DNA from: Octopus vulgaris
Lineage: Eukaryota
NCBI GenBank assembly: GCA_951406725.2
Contig: OX597817.1
Location: 32,240,001-32,304,000, forward strand
Length of the DNA: 64,000 nt
Direction of reading: 5' to 3'
Part shown: positions 39,666-53,120 of the stretch, one piece after another
How the letters are laid out: each line of letters starts with the position of its first letter
How positions within the stretch are numbered: the first letter of the stretch is position 1
Position numbers and translations under genes: made by a program
The notes under the pieces: generated by a model
Told to the model about the DNA's origin: nothing
Seen by the model: only the letters and a program-made list of their open reading frames with translations
Database searches by the model: none

Positions 39666-39791
39666 CATATATATATGAGTAATAATTATTAATAATTTTT
39701 ACTGTATCCCAGTCTTTTTATACGCTAGGCCACTTGGTGTTTTAAATTGATGTTATTAATTAATATTCAATTTTTTTCACCCTTGTTGTGA

Positions 39792-39880
<89 letters not shown>

Positions 39881-40359
39881 GCCTCAGGGTGTGTGTATGT
39901 GTGTGGAGGTGAGTGTGTGTGTGTGTGTAGGCGTATGAATCCCTATCTGTATACAGTCAAATAAGCAGACAGAAAATTAGTAAAATAAAATAGGAAAAAA
40001 AATTAATTATTTGGATCATTTACTTTGTTTTTGTTTTGTTTTGTTTTTTTCTTTTTATTTTTCACCCATCTTTTTCCAACTGCAGCTTGTAACTATAAGA
40101 CAACTGACCTCATACGACGATACGTCTGGTTGCTTTTATATTGCTTTGATTTGTATTTTTTTTTTTTTTCTGGCTGCTCTCCTCAAGGTATATTACCGAC
40201 CGAACTCATGCAAAACCACCTCTCAGAGGAAGATATGACATTATTATACTCACGAGACTACGTTTTCGCTTTAAAGTCTATTTTAGATCTCTGAGAGCGA
40301 ATCAGAAAATATGAGAACTGAACAAAGAAATGGCATTTCTAAATTTCTAATCCCATTAT

Positions 40360-40529
<170 letters not shown>

Positions 40530-40661
40530 GTGTGTGTATGTACGTTTGTATATATATATATATGATTTTATATATATATATATATATATAATTATATATC
40601 TATATATATATATACACTATACACATAAAAATATATATATGTATGTATATATATGTGTGTA

Positions 40662-40713
<52 letters not shown>

Positions 40714-41583
40714 GTATATACACACACATATACATATATATATATATATATGAGTGTGTGAATCAAATATATATACATAACTATATATAAGTATATACAT
40801 AAATATGTGTGTGTGTGAGAGAGAGAGTGTGTGTATGCTTGTGTGTATGCTTGCGCGTGTGTGTGTGTTTGTGTGTGTGTGCGCGTGTGTGAGGGTGTTC
40901 CTATTATTTTTGGGAGTTTTTTTTAAGTTACTCCTTTGACTTCTATTTTCATCTATGTATCTGTGTCGATGTGTTGATGCATGTATATGAATATGACAGT
41001 GTCGATCTAAGCGTATGTGTAAAATATACGTGCGTGAGTGCGAGTGCGTGTGTGTGTAATTGTGTATGTGTATAATTGTGCGCGAGCATCTATGCATGTG
41101 TGTGTGTGCGTGCGTGTTTATATGAGTGTGTGTATATGCAAGAGTTTTTAAATGTTCGTCTTTTTTTTTTTGGCGTATAGTGCCGTGACGGTTGTGGTTG
41201 AACTGCTATGCTAGCGAAGTCTTCTGTGGAACGCCCCGTGGTGTAAAATCCATTAGAAAAGAAACAAAAGATATTTGCAGAATCCCTAGAGAGTTGACAC
41301 GGTGATACGTCTCTATTGTGAGATTCTGAGTTTCAACAAATATTCGGCCGGTTGACAGACACGCTCTTACTCTCTCACACACACTCACACACATATTTAT
41401 ATCCACAAATACACACGCTCATACACACACACATATATACCCAGTCAAGCGCACACACACACACACACAGGCGTGTGTTTTGTGCGCGTACGTATATATA
41501 TGTTTGCATGAATGTGTGTGTATATATATACTGTGTACACACACACACACATATATATATGTGTGTGTATGTGTGTGTGTGTT

Positions 41584-41626
<43 letters not shown>

Positions 41627-42584
41627 GCATGTAAATATATATATATATATATTGTGCATGTAAATATATACATATATATATGATATATTGTATGTATGTA
41701 TGTATGCGTGTATATATATGATGCGTACATATAACTTTCGTATCTGTATCTAAGTTATGGGGGTATAATGTGTGTGTGTGTGTGTGTGTGACAATCTTTA
41801 TGTCCAACTTAATGTTTTTTTAGAACGCCGAATACCACGTAATTTACCGTGAGGAGACGTTACATATAGACGCATGGTGCATAAAAACACTCGTGTTTAT
41901 ATCGTTACCTGACGTCTGCGACGACTGCCGGAACTGCCGGGTCACGTAATTTCGACCTCCCCGGTCTCCTCAGTATCAGACGTCCGGTAGCGGTATAACA
42001 GCCAAATCTCACTATCAACGATGCATCTACATGAGAGTTCCTCTCGGTGTAACTAACGCAGCAGCATTCGGTGTTCTAACAAAACATCCACATTAACTTG
42101 AGCATAGAGATTTCCTTTTGCTATTAATACTGTTGCTGTCGCTATATTGGATGATAATTAAGTAGTAGAGTGAGTTCTAATGGAAAAATATAGCAGGTTT
42201 TATTGTTTGAAATTGGAGTTGTGTTATCATTCAGAGTCCAGTCATACGTGTAAAGACTTGTAATTAAGTGTATCAACGTCAGATTGTGGGGTTGTGTTTT
42301 TTTACGACGATTCAGAAAACAATGTAAGTAGGTGAAAAGGTTAGTTGGTCAATAGATGTGTAACTGAGGGTTAATCGCCATAGATGCTTGTTGAACTTTA
42401 GAAAATTTTAGATTTTGTGTTTGGGAAGGTAACATTCGTGGACTATATTGTTATAAATTTCTCTTCTATTCGATTTCAGGCGTTGATATATATTATTTTG
42501 GACCTATGCATATAGATATATATATAAATGTGAGGATAAAATTCTTTTCTAAAAAAATATTTTCTCGAAAAAATCTTATCAATG

Positions 42585-42637
<53 letters not shown>

Positions 42638-42899
42638 AATATACATTATTTACATTATTTAAATTTGACGGATATTTGTCGTCATCTTGTTTGTTGTCAA
42701 ATGTAAATAATGTAAATAATGTATATAATTCATCATCTCTTAAATATAGAACTGAATATATCCGATATATATATAATTTTTGTTCATCTCTCGCCTCATA
42801 GTCACTTCTTGACCGAGTTACGCATAGCTGCCCACCTCTTCTATTTCATCACCTTCGACTGTTAGGAGAGAGATAGAGAATGAGATCTCACGAAGGGTA

Positions 42900-43405
42900 A
42901 GAGAAGGATGGAGAGCGTTCAACTCGGTGAAGGATGTGCCGAAGGCAAACCTAGACAAGACAACTCACGCCAATCTCTTTAACAGCAAAGTCTGCAATAC
43001 TATACGCATGTGAGACTTGAATCTTGACGAAGAGAGAACAACATCTGCGTACGACGTAGAGAGCCATGGAAAGGTCGATGCTGGGAATCTCACTAAGAGA
43101 TCACATCCAGAACGAGGAGATCATGGATAGAACTAGAGTGAAGGACACATCGTTGCAGAATACCACCGCACAAAGCTACGATGAGCCGGCCATGTCGCAA
43201 GATTCAGAGACGATTAGTGGACCCGCGCAGTTGTCAAGTGGTAAGACCTCCACTCGAAAGACCTTCAATCAGGTGAGAAGATGATTTAAGAAAAATGTCT
43301 GGAGCAACGTGGAGGACAACGGCGAGAGCATGAGGAGAATGAAGTGAATGCTGTGGCCAGCGGAGCCGACTTGGCACCAGACAGCCTGGCCGATCCGGGT
43401 GATCT
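42900..43405 (+). mobile_element. RTE-clade LINE 3' fragment
   Basis: ANLFNS...ILYACET*...RAMERSMLGISLRDHIQNEEIMDRTRVKD...*AGHVARFRDD*WT. Confidence 0.85.
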
Positions 43406-43421
43406 GTATAAAATCAATGTA

Positions 43422-43866
43422 GTGGATATATAAACGGGAAATTTAACTATTTTTCTGTAGATTGGAAAAATGATGCACAGCCCAAATCGATTTTCGAACC
43501 TTACTGAGTTTTCCTCAAAGGTGTCTGCATTACTTTGACCAATTCCAGAGAAATAAACAACCTATCTATTTATATACTCAACAAGTCCATTAGCCACAGA
43601 GAAGTGGTCATACTAATTTGCATACCGTAATTTGCATATCAGCGGCTTGTCAACGAGGATACATATACGCACATACATATATGCACACACACACACACAC
43701 ACACATACACACATACACAATGTATATTAATGTAAAAATGAGAAAAGGGTAGACGAGGAAGAAGTGAGAGAAAGAAAGATGGAGAGTCAAGAAGGATAAC
43801 AGACAGGCTGAGATTATTGAAAGAACACAGATAACATTGACCTCGGTTATTTTAAAATCCTTGATG

Positions 43867-43936
<70 letters not shown>

Positions 43937-45212
43937 TTCTGTAATAACCACGGACATTTAATAAATGATACTTCAAAGAGAAATACATTATGAATACTCC
44001 TTTGGGAAAGGCTTTAAAGCTGATTCCAAAATGGCTTAATTCTGTATCTTGATCCAGAAGAAATACATTAATATATTTGGCACCAGCTTCCAGTTAAGAA
44101 CCACGTAAGTCACGGTTTCAGGTTGAATGAGTGTACGCATTTGGTGCTGCATATGTATCTACTGACTTCTCTGTGAGTTTGTAATGAAAACTGTTACTTA
44201 AAATACCTACATCAAAGAATGTCAAGCTTTCGGTTGCACTTGTGACCATCTTCAAGAACAACATTAAATTATGCTTGTTACATCACTTGTTTACTTTGCA
44301 GCCATACGCTCAGAATATCTTTTTCTTATGTTTTTTTTCTTTCAAAGCGTAATACATTCACACGTATTACTTAAGTAGTTATGCCAGCCCTTTAACTATC
44401 CGTATATCTAATAAATTATTTTCATTTGTATATCATGTCTGCTGCGTTAAATAACATTATCTAACATTTACTATACTTATATTTTACCTAATATGTGACT
44501 TAAAGTGTTTAAGAATACTTATTTGCCTTACCCCTTCATTATATTCACTCATACTACATATTATTTCAAATTTATAACTTATACCAATGATAATAAATTA
44601 ATCTTCTTTCAATTGAAAAAGCACCCAGGTGACTAAATCTTTCTTGTTTGAATTTCTGAGATGAGGAATTAGGGGAATTATCCTTATTATATTTCAATAT
44701 ATTCGGACGTCCTCATTTTCTTTGTTATAGTCACATGTCGACTGGAATATACAACGGCCCAAATTTAGTAACTTTAACAACCAGGTTACTATTGGGTTGT
44801 CCGGAAAGTTCGTGCCGATTTTTTAAGGAAAGAAAAAGGTCAATAAATACTTGCCATTACATTTTTAATCAACTAAATATGAACCATTTTGTTGCACAAT
44901 GTGTCTCCATTTTTCCTTTAAATTGAAAATACGTTCTTCCCAGAATTGAGGTGCCTGGGAGGGTAAGTCGAAAGGTAAGCTACTATAAATCGGAACGAAC
45001 TTTCCGGACAACCCAATAGTTTGAATACATGAGTGTGTAATATTAGCTAAATCTCTTATTTTAAAAAAAAGCATCATTTGTGGATATATAAACAGGGGAA
45101 ATTTAAACAATTTCTCTGTAGATTGGAAAAATAATGCACAGCCTAAATCGATTTTCGAATCTTACTGGATTTTCCTCAGAGGTGTCTGCATCGCTTAGAT
45201 CAATACCTGAGA
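43422..45212 (-). mobile_element. pair of direct repeats of about 130 bp, each with a minus-strand hammerhead-like motif
   Basis: 43422-43551 and 45080-45212 are homologous. The minus strand of copy 2 reads cct CTGAGGA a AATC cagtaa GATT c GAAA ATCGAT TT agg. Confidence 0.6.
44792..45016 (-). mobile_element. 225-bp mariner MITE, same family as 24547-25111
   Basis: Same TIRs, TA TSDs and a larger internal deletion. Confidence 0.92.
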
Positions 45213-45559
45213 TTGTTGTTTGATCGCTTTAGTTTTATTTTTATCAACGCCTCTAATGTAACAAGACGTTTCTTACTCAGACAGATATAATGAGATGAGT
45301 ATAGGTTTGAGCGCATATACAAAAATATGAAGAATGAGCGTTATTAGTTTAATCTACCGTCATATAACAAAAATGTATCAACAAACTACAGTTACGTAGG
45401 AATAAGACACCCGCTCCTGGAAATGAATACGCGTTTAGTAGATTGAGTTAACGTTTCGCTGACAAAGGAAGGTGTCATTGAACACACAAAGTTTGTGTTT
45501 AGACTGGAAAAATGTTTTCTTAAGTAATTTAATTTGTTTTAGCTGTAGCTGGTAAGGCC

Positions 45560-45900
45560 TAGCTGCAGCACCACCTCATGTGCAAATAATCTTGCTCCAT
45601 GTGTCAACCTAATCAGTATCCATATATAAATATAACACACGGGTTTTAATTGAATTACATGTGATCATCTAATTATCAATAATTGGAGATGCTTGTACGA
45701 TTTTAAGAACAGACTTGATGTGCACCTCCAGCGTAGCGCACCATACATGGGCACATATTTCATCCAAAACTGATGGAAATTAGAGAAGTAGAACCTAAGA
45801 GAACAACATCCACAGTCCTTCAGAAAAATGACAGAGTCTGACTAGAAATAACAGAATCCGCCCTAATACAAATAGAAACCCCATCTTTAAGCAAATAGCA
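45560..45900 (+). mobile_element. Penelope-like GIY-YIG C-terminal remnant
   Basis: ...STVLQKNDRV*LEITESALIQIETPSLSK resembles the LxxxExxxIxxxxPxLN end motif. Confidence 0.4.
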
Positions 45901-46345
45901 ATCCGGAAGCGAATGTTAGCTGTAGCTACACAATAGCAGCATGCCAGCTTCTAACAAATACAAGGCGATTAGAGAAAACACAAACGGTTGACCACGTGAC
46001 ACTAGAGAGTTAATCAGCGATCAACTCAGTATAAACCAACAGAACGGCAAGAGCAACAAAGAATGGGGTATACTAAAAAATAATTATGAATAAAAAAATT
46101 AAATTAAGTTCAATATTAAAAGGATTTGGTGAAACAAACAGGAAAGTAAAACTCAAATCGAGTAATTTTTTTTTTTTTTTATTAAACGGCAGAAGTTACA
46201 GAATGACTCAAAGACCAAGAGTTTCCGATGAAGATCTCCAGGCATTCGGCATTCCAATAAAACAACATTAGGGATCTGATTCTTTTTTTTTTTTTTCACT
46301 AAGTAATTTCTTTAAAAGCAAGAAATACTTTAAAACGATTATTAC

Positions 46346-46504
46346 AGAAGTGGCTGTGTGGTAAGTAGCTTGTTTTACCAACCACATGGTTCCGGGTTCA
46401 GTCCCACTGCGTGGCACCTTGGACAAGTGTCTTCTACTATAGCCTCGGGCAGACCAAAGCCTTGTGAGTGGATTTGGTAGACGGAAACTGAAAGAAGCCC
46501 GTCG

Positions 46505-46537
<33 letters not shown>

Positions 46538-46754
46538 ATGTGTGTTTGTGTGTCTGTGTTTGTTCCCCTAGCATTGCTTGACAACCGATGTTGGTGTGTT
46601 TATGTCCTCGTTACTTAGCGGTTCGGCAAAAGAGACCGATAGAATAAGTACTGGGCTGACAAAAGAATAAGTCCCGGGGTCAAGTTGCTCGATTAAATGC
46701 GGTGCTCCAGCATGGCCGCAGTCAAATGACTGAAACAAGTAAAAGAGTAAAAGA
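46346..46754 (+). mobile_element. SINE family A, full length
   Basis: Head, internal (TA)n(TG)n and tail are all present. Confidence 0.9.
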
Positions 46755-48004
46755 TTATATTGCACAATCAGTTACACGTTTAACTAAATTTGTACGTTTA
46801 AGAAGGAAATCTTCAATCAATTTTCCTTATAACTGCATTATTATTGTAGAAATATTATATTTTTCTAAATTGACTTTCATTCATTCGTCTTAACATAGTA
46901 CTTATGATAGACAAAATGTTTATTGCCAGTCTGTTACTTATAGGGTTAACAGAACTAAATAATAAGTTCTGCCAATGACTCTGACACCTCGTCTATTCAG
47001 TTACCAACCCGCCTTTAAATGAACAAGGCAACAAATAAATAGGCGGCTAAATCAGAGACCGAAGCTATATTTTATCATCTGAATACTAAGTAGTAAAACA
47101 GAGGCAAAATACTGCCATCCTGAACATTAATCATAATTTTGATGCAGTTAATCTTTTGTTTGAAATGATGTTTGATAATAGGTTAGTATGTGTGGCTAAT
47201 CCAAGGAGAAGAACTTAAGCATACTGCTTAATATGCGGACTAAGAACGAAACAATGATAATGGCAGAATCAGAAAAGAAGTTTTAGTCGTTATGATTGAT
47301 ATGGCATTAGCAAATTCCAATGAGCTATGTACTTGTAACGATAGGAGAAACAAAAAATGAATAACGGAATACGTCGATTAGCTAGAAATATACTGTGGAA
47401 ATATATCCAAGTAAATGAGAATTTGTCAGTCGTATAGAAATACATATTTTTACTTTGCAAAAAGCTTGTCTGTTCATTGCTAGGCTCGAAAACAAAAATT
47501 TATTCTCACCGTTTCAGTTTTTATAATGTTGAGATTGTAACATTTCTTTAAAAAGCCGATGATGAACTATTAACATCTGTAATGAGTGTGAATTTTTTGG
47601 AGCAGAGATCCGCTCGTGTTTGGAAAGGATGTGCTTCAAATTTTTTCTCACTCTTTTTTTTTTTTTTTTAACGTAGAGCAAAATTTGTATTTATATATTG
47701 TTAAACGTTGCCATATTGATGTCTCATCCTACTGGAGAATGGGGGAATATATCATTATTGTTGTATGAAGCAGGAGTTAAATAGATTTTTTATCATATTT
47801 TTGATAGAAAGGTTTGCTCAGAGATGAAGGAAAATCTTACAGAATTATGCCGTACGTGTATAAAAAGCATGCTATTCGGAGTTTCGAGTACAAGTCAAGA
47901 CATTAAATTTTTTAAAAGAAGACGGTGGTGGAATGATTAGTGGCATGACTAAGAAATTAATCAAGGTGTCTTTTTCTTCTTATTCTTGATAACATTGAGT
48001 CGCA

Positions 48005-48378
48005 GATATAGTTCTGTGGTTAAGAAGTTTACTTCCAAACTCCGTGGTTTCGGATTCTATCCGACTGCACAACACTTAACTGTACCTTGTGTCTTCTACT
48101 ATAACCCTGGTTCCACCAATACCTTGTGAATGAATTTGGTAAACGGAAACTATGTGATAGACCGTCATGTGTGTGTGTTTGTGTGTGTGTGTCTATGCGT
48201 GTGTGTGTGTGTGTTTGTGAGCGTGTCTGTATTTGTCTCTGACCGCTTGACAACTGTCGTTGGTTCGTTTACGTTACTGTAACTTAGCGGTTCGTCAAAA
48301 AGGACCCGATATAATAGTATTAGTCTTACAAATAATTACTAGGGTCGATATTATCTAATAAACCTTTCAAGATGGTAC
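48005..48378 (+). mobile_element. SINE family A, old copy
   Basis: Diverged match to the family A pattern. Confidence 0.7.
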
Positions 48379-48406
48379 CGCTTCCCATCGCCAACCGGTG
48401 GTTGTC

Positions 48407-48449
48407 ACACGCTGATGACGGGTCGATACCCAGAAACTCGGGTCCGTGT
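48407..48449 (+). ncRNA. minimal type I hammerhead ribozyme
   Basis: Stem I ACACG/CGTGT, CTGATGA (48412-48418), stem II GGGT-cgat-ACCC with a C.A base mismatch, GAAA (48433-48436), stem III AC-TCGG-GT, and a GUC site cleaving after 48444. Confidence 0.72.
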
Positions 48450-48647
48450 ATATTGCGTCAGGCTGGAGATGGGAACGATGACTTCCTTTGCAAATACTGA
48501 TAGGGCACGGAAAGTGTGTCAATAGCCAGCTAGAAGAGATGTCTACCTGGGGCTATAAGCTACAGTAGCATCAGCCCTTAAGGGTTAGTCACATATAGGT
48601 GACAAATATACTTCACGACATATATATATATATATATATATATATAA

Positions 48648-48868
48648 CGGGAAGCTTTATGAAAATAGACAAAAGACGAAGGCAGGTTTACAGAAATAAA
48701 CAAAAGACGAAGGCAGGTGGAATACAAACAAACAATTGTATTAGTATGGCGCTCAGGAAATATAAATAAAACGTTTCGAGCCTACTCTCTTCAACAGAAA
48801 GATACACAGAGAAAAAAACACAGAAAGAAGGAGAGAAAAAAAATATGCGTGCAGAGGCTAGCGAATCA
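48648..48868 (-). mobile_element. Penelope-like terminal repeat (CTGTTGA family) with an internal duplication
   Basis: Homologous to the 12236 and 23600 copies. ACAAAAGACGAAGGCAGGT is present twice. Confidence 0.6.
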
Positions 48869-48882
48869 ACATGTATATAAAT

Positions 48883-48962
<80 letters not shown>

Positions 48963-48963
48963 G

Positions 48964-49044
<81 letters not shown>

Positions 49045-49270
49045 CGATAGATATAAAACTGAGAATGTGTATCTGTCTGTCTGTCTGAATCCCTAAAACT
49101 TGAGAGCTACACAACCAATTTCATTCAAATTTTACACATGCCTTACTGAGGGTCCATGTAGTGTCATGAGCAAAAAAAATGTTTAACTTCTTGCCTAGGG
49201 CAAGCCCACAGCAATATCACATCTACACTATTTCAGTTTTACGTGTTAAAAGTGAAACAAAAGCATCTCT
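49045..49270 (+). mobile_element. Helitron/Helentron-like 5' fragment
   Basis: ATATAAAACTGAGAATG(TCTG)n...ACCAATTTCATTCAAATTTTACAC, a pattern shared with the 9505 and 54999 elements. Confidence 0.45.
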
Positions 49271-49352
49271 CTATTGTATTGTATATGGATGTATATATAT
49301 AAATATATATATATATATATACATACATGTATATATATATATATATATATGG

Positions 49353-49464
<112 letters not shown>

Positions 49465-49473
49465 ATATATATA

Positions 49474-49682
49474 TATTTGTATATTTGTTGTGCAAGATTT
49501 TTTATGTGAAGTCGTGTGTTGAAATAGATATTGTTATATTTCGGAATGGTCATTTTGCCAGTTTCGCCAATAAATATATATATATTGGCTAAACTGGCAA
49601 AATGACCATTCCGAAATATAACAATATCTATTTCAACACACGACTTCACGTAAAAAATCTTGCACAATAAATATACAAATAT
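49474..49682. repeat. near-perfect palindrome, arms of about 100 bp centred on (TA)n
   Basis: ATTTGTATATTTGTTGTGCAAG...GCCAATA pairs with TATTGGC...CTTGCACAATAAATATACAAAT, with 3 mismatches. Confidence 0.93.
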
Positions 49683-49704
49683 ATATATACATGTATATAT
49701 ATAT

Positions 49705-49780
<76 letters not shown>

Positions 49781-49816
49781 ATATATATGGATATATATAT
49801 ATACATGCATGTATAT

Positions 49817-49982
49817 GTCTTCCCTTCTCTGGATCTTTCCTTCTCCTATGTTCCGACGAAGAGCTCCGCTCGAAACGTTGAACCCTCCTTCTTTCCTTCT
49901 TTCCTGAGCGTCCAATAATACTATATTTGTTCCACCTCCTCGCATTGTTGTGTTTTTTTGTGCTTTCTTGTTTGGATTAACT
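49817..49982 (+). mobile_element. Penelope-like terminal repeat (CCGACGA hammerhead family)
   Basis: CCGACGA A GAGC TCC GCTC GAAA CG TT. An inverted homologous copy lies at 58898-59105. Confidence 0.6.
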
Positions 49983-50549
49983 ATATATATATGTACATGT
50001 ATGTATATATATATATACATGTACATGTATGTATATATATGTACATGTATGTATATATATATATATATACATGTATATATACATGTATATATATATGGAT
50101 ATATATATATATACATGTATATATACATGTATATCTATATATATGGAGATATATATATATATATGTATATATACATGTATATATATATATATATATATGG
50201 ATATATATATGTACATATATACACATATTTATATATATGGATATATATACATGTATATATATATGGATATAATATATATAAAGATACATGTATATATATG
50301 GATATATATATATGGATATATACATGTATATATATAGATGTATATGTATACATGTATATGTATAGCTGTATATGTATAGATGTATTTCTATAGATATACA
50401 TGTATGTCTAGATGTATATATAGATGTACATGTAATATGTACACATATATATACACATATATACATGCATGCATATATACACCCATACCCACATACACAC
50501 ACACACACCGATCCATCCACCCATCCACACACACACACATACATAAGTG

Positions 50550-50870
50550 CAGGTGCGGCTGTGTGATAACAAACTTGGTTCCAAAACACATGGTCCTCAG
50601 TTCAGTCCCACTGTGTGGTAACTTGGCATGTGTCTTCTGCTATAGCCTCAGACCAACCAAAGCCTTGTCAGTGGATTTTGTAGACAGAAACTGAAAGAAA
50701 TCAATTGTATGTATATGTATGAATATATGTAAGTCTATTTGTGTTTCTTTGTGTTTCTCCCTCATCACTGCTTCACAACTGGTGTTCGTTTATTTACATC
50801 CCCATAACTTACTGGTTTCACAAGAAGAAACTGATAGAATAAGTACCTGGCTTATCAAAATATAAAAAAG
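50550..50870 (+). mobile_element. SINE family A, old copy
   Basis: Diverged head and tail. Confidence 0.7.
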
Positions 50871-50933
50871 CACTAGGCAGTGTCTCATATTTTTGTTTGC
50901 CCACTCACTCGTATCTATCAATTTGTGTGTGTG

Positions 50934-51002
<69 letters not shown>

Positions 51003-51086
51003 GGGAGTAAACACATAAATGTGAAACAAGGTGGAAAAAAAGAGTACTCAAATATGCTTTATTTAAAAGCAGCAGAAATTCAACAG

Positions 51087-51152
<66 letters not shown>

Positions 51153-51214
51153 ATTTCGTGGACAGGAACTGAAACAAATCAATCGTATATATATGTATGC
51201 ATATATGTAAATGT

Positions 51215-53120
51215 ATGGGTTTTGGTATTGGCAACATGAATGACAATGGTCAGAGACTACTTGAATTTTGCACATACCATAACCTGTGCATCACCAACAC
51301 ACTCTTTGCCAACAAGACATCCCACAAGGCATCTTGGAGACATCCAAGATCTCAACACTCGCATCAGCTGGATCTCATCATTACACAAAGATCCTTTCTG
51401 ATTTGTTTAACTGACCCGTAGTTTCCACAGCGGGGATTGTGACACAGATCATTCACTAATAAGAAGCAGGGTGAGGATTCTGCCTAAAAAAGTCCATCAC
51501 TCCAAGAAAATGGGCCGACCACGCATTAACAATGCCAGAACCTCGGACCCTACACTGCGGCAATGTTTTACTGTTTCTATCAAAGTTGTCCTCAGTAGCT
51601 GCGCAACTTCCTCTGCTGAAAGTAGATGGAATTATATCAGGGAAGCTTTGTATACCACATCAATAGATACGTTCGGAATGAGAGAAAGGCAAACCCCAGA
51701 TTGGTTCAGTGCTGGGTTCTCAGAGCTGGAAACAGTTATCGAAACAAAGCGTGCAGGTCTGAAGCAATACAAGAGTGATTCTTCTACTCGAAGAACTCAG
51801 AAAGGCAAGTAATAAAACCCAACTGACTGCCAGACGCGGTGCAAATAGGTATTGGCAGGAAATCTGTCAAAGTATCCAGTCAGCTGCTGACAGTGGCGAC
51901 ACCCGTGGGATTTTTGCAGGTTTGAAGAAGGCCCTCGGTATATCCGCAACCAAGTCAGCCTCTCTGAAATCAACTACTGGAGGACATCAAGGACCAAAGC
52001 AAGCAAATGGATAGATGGGTGGAGTACTACCGGGATCTGTACTCACGGGGGAACACGGTAGCTGAGGCTGCAATCGAGGGTGTCAAGATCTTGCCAGTCA
52101 TGTGTGAACTTGACAGTCTGCCATCTGTAGCAGGGCTCACCAAGGCTATTGACTCCCTAGCAAGTAACAAGGCTCCGGGAAAAGACGACATCCCCTTAGA
52201 GATCATCAAAACCGGCAAAAACACCATCCTGCTTCGGTACATTCATGAGCTTCTGTGTCAGTGCTGGGAAGAGGGTGCAGTCCCTCAGGAAGTGCGGGAT
52301 GCTAACATCATTACGCTTTACAAAAACAAACGTGACCGTGGTGATTGTAACAATTACCGTGGAATATCTCTTCTAAGCACTGTTGGAAAGGCCTTTGCTC
52401 GCATTATCCTGTCCAGGCTGAAACTGCCTGCTTCTCGAATTTATTCAGAATCGCAGTGTAGCTTTAGAAGAAGGAGATCAACTATTGACATGATATTCTC
52501 CATACGCCACCTTCAGGAGAAGTCCAGAGAGCAGAAAATGCCATTATATATGGCATTCATTGATCTGACAAAGGCCTTTGACTTGGTAAGCAGAAAAGGC
52601 CTCTTCATCCTGCTCCAAAAATTCGGATGTCCACCAAAGCTGCTGAGGATCATCAAATCTTTCCATGATGATATGCAAGGCACCAAACAGCACAATGGTT
52701 CAACATCAGCCGCCTTCCAAATACAAAATGGAGTAAAGCAAGATTGTGTCCTTGCTCCTACATTATTTGGCATCTTCTCGCTGATGCTGCAGTCACATGC
52801 CTTTGAGACATCAGATGATGGAGTGTTTCTGCACAGTAGAAGTGATGGAAAACTATTCAATCTCTCGCGCCTCCGTGCCAAGACCAAAACCAGAAGCGTC
52901 CTTATCAAGAAGTTGCTATTTGCTGATGATGAGGCCCTACAAAGGCTCATCAACTGTTTTGAGCAAGCGTGTGGAAACTTTGGCTTAGTTATCAGCCTCA
53001 AGAAAACCAACATCATGGGTCAGGCTACATCGGACATTACAAACATACATATTGGAGACCGCAGAGGTGGAGAAGTTTACCTATCTTTGCTCTACCGTCA
53101 CCTACAACCTATCCCTTGAT
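51215..53120 (+). mobile_element. RTE/BovB-type LINE: APE endonuclease end plus reverse transcriptase, frameshifted and truncated
   Basis: [18 protein letters not shown]...WRHPRS..HQLD, KAPGKDDIP, CNNYRGISLLS, AFIDLTKAFD, GVKQDCVLAP and LLFADD (ORF 52007-53119). Confidence 0.95.

Noticed and set aside
43450-43525. Duplicated plus-strand exon after TTTTTCTGTAG (also near 45120)
   Set aside because: The donor is weak, no reading frame is consistently favoured, and the minus-strand hammerhead explains the repeat better.
52007-53119. 370-aa RT ORF as a functional or domesticated gene
   Set aside because: It has upstream frameshifts, a deletion after FADD, a substitution in the QG motif and no C-terminus, so it is a dead RTE copy.
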